From NCBI RefSeq assembly GCF_000150275.1, contig NW_002060952.1, forward strand, positions 1,672,313 to 1,736,312: 64,000 bases of DNA, given 5' to 3'. Under the pieces are notes generated by a model. It saw only the letters and a list, made by a program, of their open reading frames with translations, was not told the DNA's origin and searched no databases. Both the position numbers and the translations under genes were made by a program. This DNA comes from Trichoplax adhaerens (taxonomy: Eukaryota; Animalia; Placozoa). The number at the start of each line of letters is the position of its first letter. Positions within the stretch are counted from its first letter, which is position 1. Of this stretch, positions 24,601-37,170 are shown piece by piece.

Positions 24601-27600
24601 CTATGTATAGGATTTTGAAATACTGATGATAACTGTTTTATTTAGGTGAGCTTCAAACCAATTGTCCAACAGATTGGAATATTAACGGTGTTAACTGCAT
24701 CCAAATCACATTTCAGAAACTAAGATTTTACAATGCTCGAGAATTCTGTAGCTATCATAAATCGGATCTTATTTCACTATCATCGATAGATTTAGAACAA
24801 GTAACTCAAAATTTAATTGAGCAGAAAGCAGTAAATCAATTAGTCAACATTACGGGAGTTTCATTTTGGATTGGCTTATATAAGGTAAATAATACTTTCC
24901 AATGGCTCCAAGATTCGACAGCAGTGCAAGAAAATTCCAAATTGGAATTTAGATCGACTGCCGGTACTAGCCAACTTCGATGTGCAGTGATGGAATACAT
25001 GCATTTAAATGGTACTTGGGTTTGGTATACCGTCGATTGTGTAAGCCATCGAGCTTACCTAATATGCAGGAAAACGATAGGTATAATACAGCAATTAATT
25101 CGATTTCTTTTAAAGCTACAATTTAATACTAATCGATTGCAATTTACTGCATTTGTATCATTTTGAGTTGCTTATGGATTTACAGTTATTGCCGTTTTTA
25201 TAATAATTCTTTTAGTCGTTTTACCCCAATTCTTTGTAACTTAATAATTTGATAGCTTATTTTTTATATGATTTTGAGTTGGCTATTGATTCATAAACTA
25301 TTATAGTCTCCACTTTTATTCTAAATCTTTCTCACATTGATAGCTAAGTAGAAGATGGATATCATTTGTAATAGTACCAAAATTTTAACTATAGTAAATT
25401 TTAACAACTTTAAGCTGATATCTATCATAAGTGATAATTCTAAGTTTTAATATTATACTCACGGTATCTAATTGCTTATAAATTTATCGATTCACAGCTA
25501 TTGTTACCTATACCATGCATGATTCATGTATTCATTTTACCGTATATCGTATATTTTTGTGCATTGATATCTACCTTTTGCCTAAGATTAATTTAAGCTG
25601 GCTATTCATTCACAAATTGTATATAATTCGTGAAGTTTCTGCTTCAATTCTTAACTTATTATACGTCAATAGATGTAGATAGGGTGGATATCCTTTACTA
25701 TTATACTAGAATTCTTATTTTAGTAAATCTCAGCTGCTTAATTGCTGATATCATTTATAAGTAATAAATCTAAATTTTAATATTATCCATACGGCTTCTA
25801 ATGTACATTGTGAATATTTCATTGAAAAACGATTGTCTGTTAATGTTTATCTACAGTATAGTAAATGATAAATTTTTTTATTAGATCTAGAAAGCGACAC
25901 CTCAACATTCCCTATGGTTCAATCAACCACCCAGGTTCCAGTCACTACAGAGGATTCTGAAACTGGAGCAATTTCTTTTGCTATTGATGCAGTGATAGCC
26001 AATACGGAAGATTCTTCAACCACAGACATTTCTACTAATACTATTGTAACCACTCCAAACATTTCCACTACTACTACAGAGAATTCTACAACTTCGAATA
26101 TTTTTACTACTACTAGTGCTGTGACAGCTGCTGTGGAGAATTCTACAACCCTGAACGTTTCTGCTACTACCAACGCGGCGACAGCCACTACAGAGAATTC
26201 TATAACTACTAAAATTTCTATTACTACCAGTGCAGCGACAGCTGCTGTAGAAGATTCTACAACCCTAAGCATTCCTGCTGCTACTAACACAGCGACAGCC
26301 ACTACAGAGAATTCTACAACCACAAAAATTTCTACTACTACTAGTGCAGCGACATCTGCTGTAGAAGATTCTACAACCCTAAGCATTCCTGCTGCTACTA
26401 ACACAGCGACAGCCACTACAGAGAATTCTACAACCACAAAAATTTCTACTACTACTAGTGCAGCGACAGCTGCTTTAGGGGATTCTACAACCCCGAACAT
26501 TTCTACTACTACTAACACAGCGACAGTTACCACAGAGAATTCTACAACCAAAAAAATTTCTACTACCACTAACACAACTACAGCCACTATAGAGGATTCT
26601 ACGACTCCAACCATTTCTACTACTACTAACGCAGCGACAGTTACTACGAAGGATTCTAAAACCGTAAATATTTCTATTACTACTGATGCAAAGACAGCCA
26701 CTATAGAGGATTCTCCAATCGTAAACGTTTCTACTACTAAAAACGGAGTGATAGCCACTATAGAGGATTCTACAATCGCAAATATTTCTGTTACTACTAA
26801 CGTAGCGACTACCACTACAGAGGATTCTACAACTTCAAGCTTTTCTACTGCTACTAATAATGCAGTAACAACCAATACAGTTCCCATTACGAAAAGAAAT
26901 CCACGTACTATTGAAGCTTTAACAAACATTGGTTTGTTGCTAGAATTAAATAAAGGATAAGAATATAAATATAATATCAATTTGTCTTTTACGCTCAATA
27001 TTCTGATTTGAATTGGAAATATCCAACAGGTACAACTACGACAACGATGTTATCAACTGTAAGCACTTTGTCCACTAGAGTGGCAACAAATCGAAACCAA
27101 ACCTATGATAATATTGATGAAGTTGTAGATAATGCTGGATTAGAACTAGCGGGAAAGTTATCGCTCTTTGCGAATTCTAACAACTCTCAAGTTTCTTATT
27201 ATTATCAAAAATTAGGTACGTCATTAGTCATATTGAAATTTAATTTAATTTCCTCTTATTTCTATCTGATTTTCGATTTAATAGCAAATTACATAACATT
27301 TTTTAAAGACACATACTACCAGAATTGTTTATAGTGGGGTTATTATCGTCGGAACCTACTGAATTTTAACTCTACTTTCGTTTACAAAAGGTGCTCGGTA
27401 CACCAGTGATATAATTGAGGCATGCTGTCGATCAAACAGTTGTCGTAGGTTTTAAAATAGCTAACCAGATTTTGTTTCTAATCAGCTATTTCCATGTTAA
27501 AATTTTCAAAAATCTCTACATATTGGAAAGTTTTCACTATTTACTGAAGTACGTAAATTTTCACATTCTGATGTGTAGGAAAATCTTTATTTAAGTTAGT

Positions 27601-30600
27601 AATTGAGATTATGCACTATACCACTAATATAATCGGGGTACACTGCTAATGATTATATAGCTATAGTGGTTTTTACTATCGCTTATTAGATTTTTTATAA
27701 TCAGCCATTGCTATATTAAAATATTTAACATCTTCTCACATTAAATTTTTCTACAATTTGCTGAGGTACTGTACGTGAATTTTTTATTTAGAGCTTGGTA
27801 GAATCTTAATCTAAGTTAATAATTGAGATTACTTGTTAGCTTATTACTCTTCGTACCAAGTTTTTACATGTTATACTCTATTGATTTTATCTAAATTCAC
27901 TGATCTGACTTTGTTTTTATTCAGCGATTACTATATTAAAATTTTCAAATTCTCTAGATATTAAATATTCGTATTTTTCGCTATAAGCTGAAGGATGTAA
28001 ATTTTTACTTTTTGAAGTATAGTAGAATGTTAATTTTAGTTAATAATTGAGATAGTTTACCAGCTTATTACTCTCCGTACCAAATTTTTACGCATTGTGC
28101 TCTATCAATTTGTCTAAAAATATGTACAATATTTGCTACTTAAAAGCGATAATGAAGTCATTTTGCATTAATATTGAGCTGTTATACAACAAGGGGTTTG
28201 GTATATTCTCACAAGTACTAATAAAAAAGTGGTAACAGCATACATTGACATCAACATTGAAGAAGAAGTATCAGCTGTACAAGAATCTGACACTGGTCAT
28301 CCATTAAAAGTTAAAGTTCCTACATCTATAATCGATAATAAATATGAAGGTATTCAAATTAATTAGCTAGCATTTATATCACATAACCTGTATTTTATAA
28401 GACGAATCTACTGATTCCGACGTGATTATAATTATAAATCCTACTCGATCTTAATAATATAATTACTTCTACACTCTAAAATACATTCATTACTAGGACA
28501 ATTTCAAATAGCGATTGGAATTTATAAATCTACGCAATTTCAGCAACGTAATAGGTACATCATCAAATCCAGCTATATCTTAATTTATTTTGATATACAG
28601 CATTGGTACCGATGTCATCCTATTTCTATCAATTTGAAAGGAAGTTAAATCTTTAAATCGAAAGATTATAGAAGAATTATTACGATAAGAGATAAACATT
28701 ATATTGACTAATAGTGACAAAATACTTTTCAGTATTTTATGTCATTAGTTTTTAATTTCGCATTAATAAATTCAAATTCAGGGAAAGGGCCCTTTAATTA
28801 ATTAAAATTGCAGCAGTAGTTCTTTTAAATGTGGGTTAAAATAAACTTTATAATGCCAAATGTTAAGCTACATTTCTCGGACAGTCTAACGATAAATGCG
28901 AAAGCACTTCTATTAGTATTTTACTTTTCGTAATTATTAACGACTAAAATCATGATTATCATCTTTCCTTATCTATTGCTTTTGCATAGCTACATTAATA
29001 TCGTGACATATTACAAATTTTTATTGTAAGAGTAAGAACTAATAATTTCTTTGTTTGCGAATTGGAAGACGTTGAAATTATTAATTACTAATTTTGAATC
29101 TTACTTTATTTTTCTATGAATTTTTCTAATCACTAATTTCTTTCTCTTATAGAATACAACAGCCACTAAAATACGCTGTATCGTGTCAAATTCGGCCAAT
29201 AATGAAAGGAACATTAAAAGAGCCGGTTGTATTTTTTTATGAAATTAAGGAGGTAAGGAATCATTCCTCGATATATCAGCCAATTTGAAGCAAAACTTGG
29301 ATCGAACTCTACGATTTATATATTTTACTTTTTATAGCTTATTAAAATGCAACTGTTATGTATATTAGTTAGTATTAAGATTAAGCAAATTAAACTAGAT
29401 TATGTTTCCAAAGCATGTGACCAGAACATTTCCTAATCTGTAAATCTGTAACGATCAAACAGTCTTTTTGCATTCTTGCTGTATAATATCCTTTTACTAC
29501 CAAAATTTTACAAGTTTTAAATTCTAACTACTAAAGTAGTAGATAATCTCACGAGATTGGTATGTAATATATATATATATTGTAGGGGAGTAACAAACAA
29601 CCCAGTTGTGCCTACTGGAAAAAGAAGTAAGATAAAACAATGGATGATAGATTGTGAAATAAATAATGAGTAAATAGATAGGTTTAAGAGAATGAGACAA
29701 TGCATAAATAGCTTTCTGAAGCATTGTTATGCAATGACGTCTGGTTAAATAACGGTATCTGTAGGCCTACATTGCTTGAAATATTCCTTATCTGTATGCT
29801 TATTTTTGAATTCTATTTAGCCATTGGGCTACTGATGGTTTGAAATTGGAAAAGATCAATGCTACAACTATAAAATGTCTATCGTATCATTTAACAAGTT
29901 TCTCCGTTCTGCTTCGTTTCAATAATTACTCGGTAAACCAAAAAAATTAAAGCAATTTGTACGCTAAATGCCATGCACTTAATAATTAAATTTACTGCAT
30001 ACATTAATGTTTTTATATACCTTTCCTCTACTATTGCTAAAGTCGCCGAAAATCCATGATAAAATCCTAAGCATAACAACCTATATCGGGTTATCTATAT
30101 CACTACTTTGTCTTATAGTGACGTTCTTAACTTTTACTGCGATCAGGTAGGCAATTATTGTTTTTATCTAATCGGATTCAAAGAGTAGTTTTCTAAAAAT
30201 CGATGATTTAATGAACACCTTAAAGTAGATCATGTGATGTACAGTAAATCTATCGATACTTCTATATAATAAACATAATAAAAAATTTACATCTTAAACT
30301 TGATAATTAACACTTCTTCTTCTTTTTAGGCAATTTCATAGCATACGCGGCTTGATTCATGCAAATATGGCAGCTTCTATGATAATTTCTACTACGGTAT
30401 TTTTACTTGGTATCCAATGGACAAATTCTCCGGTAGATCATAAGTAGCTATAGATAACTACAGTTTTATGTTTTAAGAGTAATTCAGTTTTATTCTTGAT
30501 TCGTTAAAGTATAAATGATAGTTCAAATTATATTCATGTATTTGTTATTGTACATATCTAGAAAGAGCTAATAAGTCTTACTAAGTATTCAATTCTAAAA

Positions 30601-32455
30601 TGTATTTTATCTTCGTGTCTATCTTACCATCATTTAGACTGTTGCATTAAAGTAAATAAATAAGTAAATTTAATTGCCTAACAGTGAAGGTTACACATTT
30701 GATCAATTCAGAAATTGGAAATTAAAGCATTTTACTCGATGTTCTAATTTTCCTTACCTTAATTGATACGTTATACTGTTTAACGTAGGCTATTTGCAAA
30801 AGTATTGCTGCCATTCTCCATTTCTCGCTTTTGGCTACGTTTTTATGGATGTTAATTGAGGGTATTGCTACTTTCAAAATGTCAACCCACAATCTTGAAA
30901 GTCGAAATTCTTCTATTTCATATTTGCTTCTTGGTTGGGGTTAGTAAAGAAGTTGAGATAGAATAAATACCAAATTATTTATTAAGTCTGAAATGTAATT
31001 ATCAAAATAGGTATTTNNNNNNNNNNNNNNNNNNNNNNNNNNNNNNNNNNNNNNNNNNNNNNNNNNNNNNNNNNNNNNNNNNNNNNNNNNNNNNNNNNNN
31101 NNNNNNNNNNNNNNNNNNNNNNNNNNNNNNNNNNNNNNNNNNNNNNNNNNNNNNNNNNNNNNNNNNNNNNNNNNNNNNNNNNNNNNNNNNNNNNNNNNNN
31201 NNNNNNNNNNNNNNNNNNNNNNNNNNNNNNNNNNNNNNNNNNNNNNNNNNNNNNNNNNNNNNNNNNNNNNNNNNNNNNNNNNNNNNNNNNNNNNNNNNNN
31301 NNNNNNNNNNNNNNNNNNNNNNNNNNNNNNNNNNNNNNNNNNNNNNNNNNNNNNNNNNNNNNNNNNNNNNNNNNNNNNNNNNNNNNNNNNNNNNNNNNNN
31401 NNNNNNNNNNNNNNNNNNNNNNNNNNNNNNNNNNNNNNNNNNNNNNNNNNNNNNNNNNNNNNNNNNNNNNNNNNNNNNNTAATTCCTGAACTTGCACTTC
31501 TGTATTGAAGTTTTCATTTATGACATAAACTGAATAAGGCTGGTAACCTTATCGTGCATTTCAGTACTTGTCTTTTTATTATCTCTTTACTTTTTCGTGG
31601 AAATCAAATCTCTTGTCCTGTTATATCTTTCTTAGTTTAATCTTGATTATTTTAATTTTCAAGCATAAAATGTAGTCGACGAAAATTTCATCAACCATAA
31701 AGTACTTAAATAACAATAATCGTATTGCAATCAGTAATGAAAATCTATATCTTAATAACGTGTACATAGGGCATTACTTCGAGCATCGGCAGCGCTACTA
31801 CCACTACTAGGAATAACTTGGGTAGTTGGCTTTCTAGCGTATAATCATCAAACTCTTATACTTGATTACTTCTTCGTTATCCTCAATTCATTTCAAGTAA
31901 GCTTATTATTCTCACTCTAAATATAAAAAATGTTTTGCTTTTCAATTGCAATTACGGTTTTCTTAACTGAAATGGCTTAACTTTAACTTTGTTCACTTTA
32001 TTACAATAACAGGGTGTATTTATATTTTATTTTCACTGTTACAACTATAAAGGAGTAAGTACGATAGTAGATTTGTCATCGATTACAATCATTACGATAT
32101 AATTGCATGACTTAAAGTATACGATAGTTATTTCACATAATATTTACATAAAATTTGAAAGGCTATATTATAATAAAGCTACAAGAACTATGATGGTATT
32201 TTATATTTTTCCAGGTTAAGAGATATTATGCAAGGAGGTTTATTCATAGCGCTTACAGCCCTCGTAACCAAATTTCAAAAGCCTCAAATACGGACCTTAT
32301 GACACGTTCAAAGGTAATATGGAAGCTTTAAGATTTTGTATGACTAATATAGGGCAAATTTTAACTAACAGTAATGTCTTAATTTTTTCCATTTCGCTAA
32401 TCATTTCTTATATTTATATTCGTTACAGCGTAGAAAGTCGGCCTGGGAAGGATAA
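18643..32455 (+). CDS. Gene B: adhesion GPCR with signal peptide, 5 CTLDs, mucin-like stalk, GAIN/GPS and 7TM
   Basis: Exons: 18643-18700 (MGSCILFLAIITCKQVSTA, signal-like), 19685-20074, 21535-21603, 21711-22121, 22197-22574, 22687-22718, 23248-23295, 23379-23759, 24363-24410, 24646-25080, 25885-26931 (mucin), 27030-27215, 28194-28349, 28497-28554, 29153-29252, 29586-29626 (CAYW), 29821-29932 (CLSYHL|TSFSVLL), 30043-30146 (TM1), 30330-30432 (IHANM), 30789-30939 (WMLIEG..GWG), TM4-TM5 mostly lost in gap 31017-31479, 31770-31896, 32013-32054, 32215-32313, 32429-32455 (RRKSAWEG*). Paralogous to gene A exon for exon. Confidence 0.9.
19685..20074 (+). CDS. Gene B exon: C-type lectin domain 1
   Basis: AA.NYC..YGGSLLEI...FWIGI...C...W.NLRC...FICQ; paralog of 1359-1748. 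Confidence 0.88.
20686..21236 (+). mobile_element. Solo-LTR-like element, family 1 (551 bp), in an intron of gene B
   Basis: TGTAATAT...ATATCACA termini with perfect 5-bp TSD CCTGT (20681-20685 and 21237-21241). Confidence 0.88.
21711..22121 (+). CDS. Gene B exon: C-type lectin domain 2
   Basis: NYC...VWIGL...CATI...WKNRPC..FYPFICQQ. Confidence 0.88.
22197..22574 (+). CDS. Gene B exon: C-type lectin domain 3
   Basis: CPAGWLQFRDSCY...WIAM...C...W...C...PLCQK. Confidence 0.9.
23379..23759 (+). CDS. Gene B exon: C-type lectin domain 4
   Basis: CPDNWLRYRNYCY...VWIGL...NCTVL...WYVRDC...LCQR. Confidence 0.9.
24646..25080 (+). CDS. Gene B exon: C-type lectin domain 5
   Basis: CPTDWNINGVNC...FYNAREFC...FWIGL...CAVM...WYTVDC...LICRK. 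Confidence 0.9.
25277..25803. repeat. Diverged intronic direct duplication (~200-bp homologous blocks, ~320-bp period)
   Basis: TGGCTATT.ATTCA...GGATATC...GCTGATATC...TTTTAATATTAT...ACGG..TCTAAT occurs at about 25280-25473 and about 25599-25803. Confidence 0.65.
25885..26931 (+). CDS. Gene B exon: Thr/Ser-rich mucin-like stalk built from 60-nt (20-aa) tandem repeats
   Basis: 1047-nt phase 1-1 exon; unit E[N/D]STTxxISTTT[N/S]xATA[T/A]x; near-perfect 120-nt higher-order repeat around 26230-26470. Confidence 0.9.
27470..28118. repeat. Three diverged ~220-bp intronic tandem repeats
   Basis: Recurrent TCAGC.ATT...TTAAAAT...CTGA.G...AGTTA.TAATTGAGAT at about 27480, 27700 and 27920; the last two also share AGCTTATTACTCT.CGTACCAA. 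Confidence 0.75.
31017..31479. other. Assembly gap inside gene B 7TM (TM4-TM5 exons)
   Basis: Run of N beginning 6 nt into the TM4 exon (AG|GTATTT). Confidence 1.
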
Positions 32456-34045
32456 TATTATACCAGGTCCACAGTTACTAGTATTATCTTGCATGGATAA
32501 ATTGAACTGATTAGTCAAACTTTCTCATAAATATCTTGAGAATTAGATTTGCTTATACCATTTTTGTCTTCGTAAGTGCAGATTTACCGAGCAATAGTTG
32601 TAGATTGGGTGGTGTGTTTAAAATTGTAAATAAAACAGTTCATAAACATCAATATTTAAATTTGTGGTACACATTATTGTATAACCTAGACACCGTCTTA
32701 TAATGGCATACTTGAACATATTTTGAAAAAATTAAATTAGTAATGATGTGCCTAGCTAAAACATTCAAAAGCAATCAAAATGATACAAAGAAGTTATTGC
32801 ATAAGCCCAAACCATCAAAAAGTTATTATATTACAAATGTAATTGAAGTATTTAAATACTAATTCTGAATGCGTGATCTTAGATATCATTACCTTATTAT
32901 ATTCTGTAACGTTGAATTTTAATTTTAATGATGCCATCATTCATGTGGAAAATCAAGTTAGATAAAATGTCAGACATACGCCTGCAAAACTAATTATTTG
33001 CATTCGAAACCTGATCCAAGAATTGCTTTATTACGGTATTCTAAACCTGAAACTTAAATGGTGCCTTGTAATACGGTATAGCTAGTCTTTGACCCATTTG
33101 GTTTAGAAAACGCTATAGCTCAACATTTAATTTGTTACATATAGACATCAATATATAAAGAGAATCTCTTTGCACGTCATTAGGAATGTAACTACACATA
33201 ATTATAATCATTTATATTAGCCAATGTAATTAAAGGTTAAAGCCAGATTTTGTTACGTTAGATAATCCTGCAAATTTGCTGGTTTATCGTGTTTAAATCA
33301 TGTAGATTACTAACTTTAGGTAGCTACAACTTGTTACGCACGGTACGAACCCGTGACACAACTCTAAAGTAGCTATCAAATAAATTTTATCCGGAAGCTT
33401 TCCTGATGTTGTTTTTATGCTTAAATACTGCCTAAAGTAGCTAAAAATTACAATTAAGAGTTACAGGAAATAGATCAATTGACTGTTTGATTGTAATATT
33501 GTGCTATAGAGTACCTATTTATCGAAGTTAATTACTGAACATATTGCAGCAACTCTATTTGGATTTTTATATTAAGATTCCAAGACATAAATAGATTGCA
33601 ATAAGCACATAAGCACCGTGAAATCTGTATAGTGATCTTTTAATTATAAGCGCAAATGATGAATAGACCACGATAGTAAACTTTGATTTTGCACTTAATT
33701 AGCAAGATATGAAAGTGTGACTAAACGAACCATTTTATAACTGATTGTATTTAAATCATAAATTTTACTGTAATAATTTAAATAGTCTGATTGTAGCTAG
33801 ATAGTCCTTGATCGCTGTTAAATCAACCTAATTTAAGTAATAAATTGAAGTTTAAAAGAAACTCAAATTTTTCTTTATTATTTTGAAGACACTTTGTCAT
33901 ACAGCGCCACGATGAAAAGAACTAAAATTAAGCCACAAGAGAGCTCTAAGCCAAGCAATTCACTTGCATTAGCATCTATGGCAACTAATGCACGTCATTT
34001 CTCATGAGCTAATTTTGATTTCCGATAAGAAATGGTGTCCCACTC

Positions 34046-34604
34046 TCCCACAACTACCCTTGCGACACAAGAAAACAACACAGTACTTATAATTAACTTT
34101 ACATCTATCCACTGAACTACTTCCCTAGCGTACGGTATAGTAACTGGAATCCTTGCGAAGTACTAACTCGCTCATCACAATATAAGATATAAAACTATCA
34201 CACAACCTAGCCTTAACCTGAATCACTTTTTATTGATCATAGTCCTTCTTATATACTCTTTCAGTAGTAATAAACATATTTACTATGCTACCAACATATT
34301 TCAATAACAAACATGTTATTACGATTGAATTGTCAAATACGGACATTCGAGGTAATAAACAATTTCATACTTAAATCTACTTCGACAATAAGCCCTGTCA
34401 AGCTCATATGTTCTCGATACTTATAACATATTACTATATCATCATAATATCATAATAACTTAGGGTATTACTAACAATAACAATAGATAGAGAAGACCTT
34501 CTCTAACAATTCCTTAAGTAGTAGTTCATACTTCTAAAAAGTTCAAAACAAAATGTTATCGTAGACTACATATCCATATCTAAGCTATTCTGATGGCTGT
34601 GACA
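34046..34604. mobile_element. Diverged copy of solo-LTR-like family 2
   Basis: Collinear with 60809-61260 (CACAACTAC, CAGTACTTATAAT, GAACTACTTCCCTAG, TTGCGAAGTA, ATATTTCAATAACAAACAT..TTATTACGAT); ends TGTGACA; left terminus degraded. Confidence 0.7.
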
Positions 34605-34616
34605 TAGTCATTAGGC

Positions 34617-35014
34617 TGTAATGTAACTAGTATTGTGATTGTAGACTGTTAGCCATGTTTAGTATAATGTACGGTAGATATTTATCCTAAGAGATATTTG
34701 GAGCTACAGTATAACTATAGACTGTAGTGGTATAGACTCTATGCTAGAGTACAGGTGACTATATACGGTAAGGTGTTGAGTTACTAATAAGGCTATAGGT
34801 AAAAATAAAAATGTAAATTATATATTAGGATATGGTTAATTCATTGTACTTTGGCTGGTGTGAATAATGTCTACGTAAATACTGCAGTCGTATCCATATC
34901 GGATTAATAGTAGTATTCGGCTAGAGTAGAGCTGTGGTAGTTAATCTTTGTATAAATTTCAATAAAGCCCTTATTTTTCGAAAATCTGGAATTTCGTGAT
35001 TGGTATATATCACA
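34617..35014 (+). mobile_element. Internally deleted solo-LTR-like element, family 1 (398 bp)
   Basis: TGTAATG...ATCACA with perfect TSD TAGGC (34612-34616 and 35015-35019); about 155 bp deleted relative to other copies (junction GGATTAAT|AGTAGTATTCGG). Confidence 0.85.
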
Positions 35015-37170
35015 TAGGCTAATTGTAATATTTAGATAAGAAAAAGCGATTCCTGACGGTACTCGTTACCTTATAAGAAATTTAATGCGTAATTCAAAGC
35101 GCTAGCTAGGAAGCTAAAATTTCTATATATTATTGCCTTGCAAAGATTACAGTTTCAACTCTTTTTATCGTTATTGTGCAAATATCACATCATTAAGAGA
35201 GGCTGCCATTCAGATAATTGGATTAATATAGTATTTTCACAGAGTAACGAATTACAATAAATAACAATAAATAAATTAAATGTTACCTTGAAAAAATTCT
35301 AACTTCACTGGGTTTAAAGCGATAAATACAGAGAACATTTGTGCTCTAGCATCATTATTCATCTATTTTTGGTCTGATTATTTCTGGAGCTAATTAAATT
35401 AGTTTGAGCAAGAGTACACGGAAAGAAGATATATCTAATTTATGAAACTCATGCACTTTAATATATCAAACATTGCTGACACAAATCAATTAATTGCAGT
35501 ATCTTAGGGATTTTATTTAGGCTCATAAGAGAAATGATCCTCATGTAACTTGTAGCATAATAGTTTTTAGTGAAATATGTATATGTTATTATGTTATATA
35601 TACTTAGACATGATATTAAAGCTGGCTTCGTACGCCAAATCAACAATTTAAACAGAGTTTGAATTTCATTAGACCATAAAATCCTAACCCGCAGCAAGTG
35701 TTGCCCACCTTATGTCTAGCAATCACGAGAATGTAGAAGCTTATCCTCAATTAGGAATTCATTCATCTGATACCTCCATAATCATATCTACTGTTGAAGT
35801 CCACTATGTCGACAAATGAAACGACATCGTGCAGTAAATTCAACTGATGGAGATGGCAGAATCTCTATAAGCTGCTCATTAATGATATTAGTAACAGTAC
35901 ACAAGCCTGTCTATCGACTTCATCTCTAATATTAGATGAAAATAAATTAAAATAATAAATCTTTCGAGTGAAAAATACATATCAGTTATTTTCTGCAGCT
36001 GATATAATGTGAGTAGAATAATTATAAGGTAAAAGAAATAAATTTACAGAGATTAAGAGATCTTACTATTTTAAATAATATGCAATATTTGTAACATGTA
36101 AGTCATCTTAATTATTCTGTGAGGCACTGCAATAGAACGCAATTGTAGTAAAGTGAAAATAACATTTGAAAATTGAAAATATGACGGTAATACTTGGTTG
36201 GATTAGAGGAAACATCATTCCTTAATATAACTTCTGAATGAAAGTAGAGTATTCTTATTTCCAATATTGATAATATGTAAGACGCTATCAAAAGAACTAT
36301 TTTTGATTAATTCTCTTCCCGTATTAAAGATAATTGTATCCTAATTGCAAATTTAAGTACTGTACAAGTTTTTATTATCATAATTAATTGAAGCCCACTT
36401 TTATTTAGAAGCAAGGTGGCTCCCGTTGCATCTATTACTGGATATTAATGTTAAAATTTTAATAAAGATCCTTGTTGGATCTATCAGAGTAAGATTTGAC
36501 TGTATTATAAGAATAAAATTATACATCCATTTGCAACTAGTAGCTCCAGAAACAAATAAAATAGAGAATTAAAGTTAAAAGAACATATAGAGTGAGACGA
36601 GATATAATTTTCTGCGACATTCATTAAAATAAGATCAGATTTACGTACGACATGATAATACTGTATAATTTATGTTCCAAATCGACATTTCATGTATGCT
36701 AGAAAATAATTTTAATCTGAACATTGCATCAGTTAAACTGAGCTGGGCGGATTGGCTCGAATCGGCTGCTGATGTGCATAAATAAGTTCAATTGGCTAGA
36801 TTGAACGCTTATGCATCCTGTTTATAAATTTATTTGGATAAATAAATCAATATATCACGAAAAATAGTATTACTGGCTGATTGCATAAGTATAAGATTTG
36901 ATATTGTACGGTTTTTCGATATCAAAGTCTGAGAGTACGATCTGTAGATGGAGGTATTAGTAATGCTGTTATTTAGATAAATGCCTTCTAGCATAAGAAA
37001 GAAATATTCTCATATTTCATTCTTGGGCCATTTTAGAGAGTAATTTTTGATTGCTAGGTAGCAAGCATTGCTGCGAGTTAGTTTAATAGTTTGTTTAAGC
37101 TGCTTAATCTTGCTTCAGATCAATAGTGTAATTAGCTACTCTAGTGTCTTTTGGTTTGGCATTCTTGAGT

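Noticed and set aside
26040-26860. Regularly spaced GAGAATTCTACAAC/GAGGATTCTACAAC motif resembling a CRISPR array
   Set aside because: The intervening sequences are themselves homologous and in frame; this is a coding minisatellite in a eukaryotic gene
25919-26998. 359-aa Val-rich ORF on the minus strand
   Set aside because: Antisense shadow of the Thr-rich mucin exon (ACN codons read as Val-rich on the other strand); no independent evidence
30982-31517. 171-aa ORFs made of X
   Set aside because: Artefacts of the N gap
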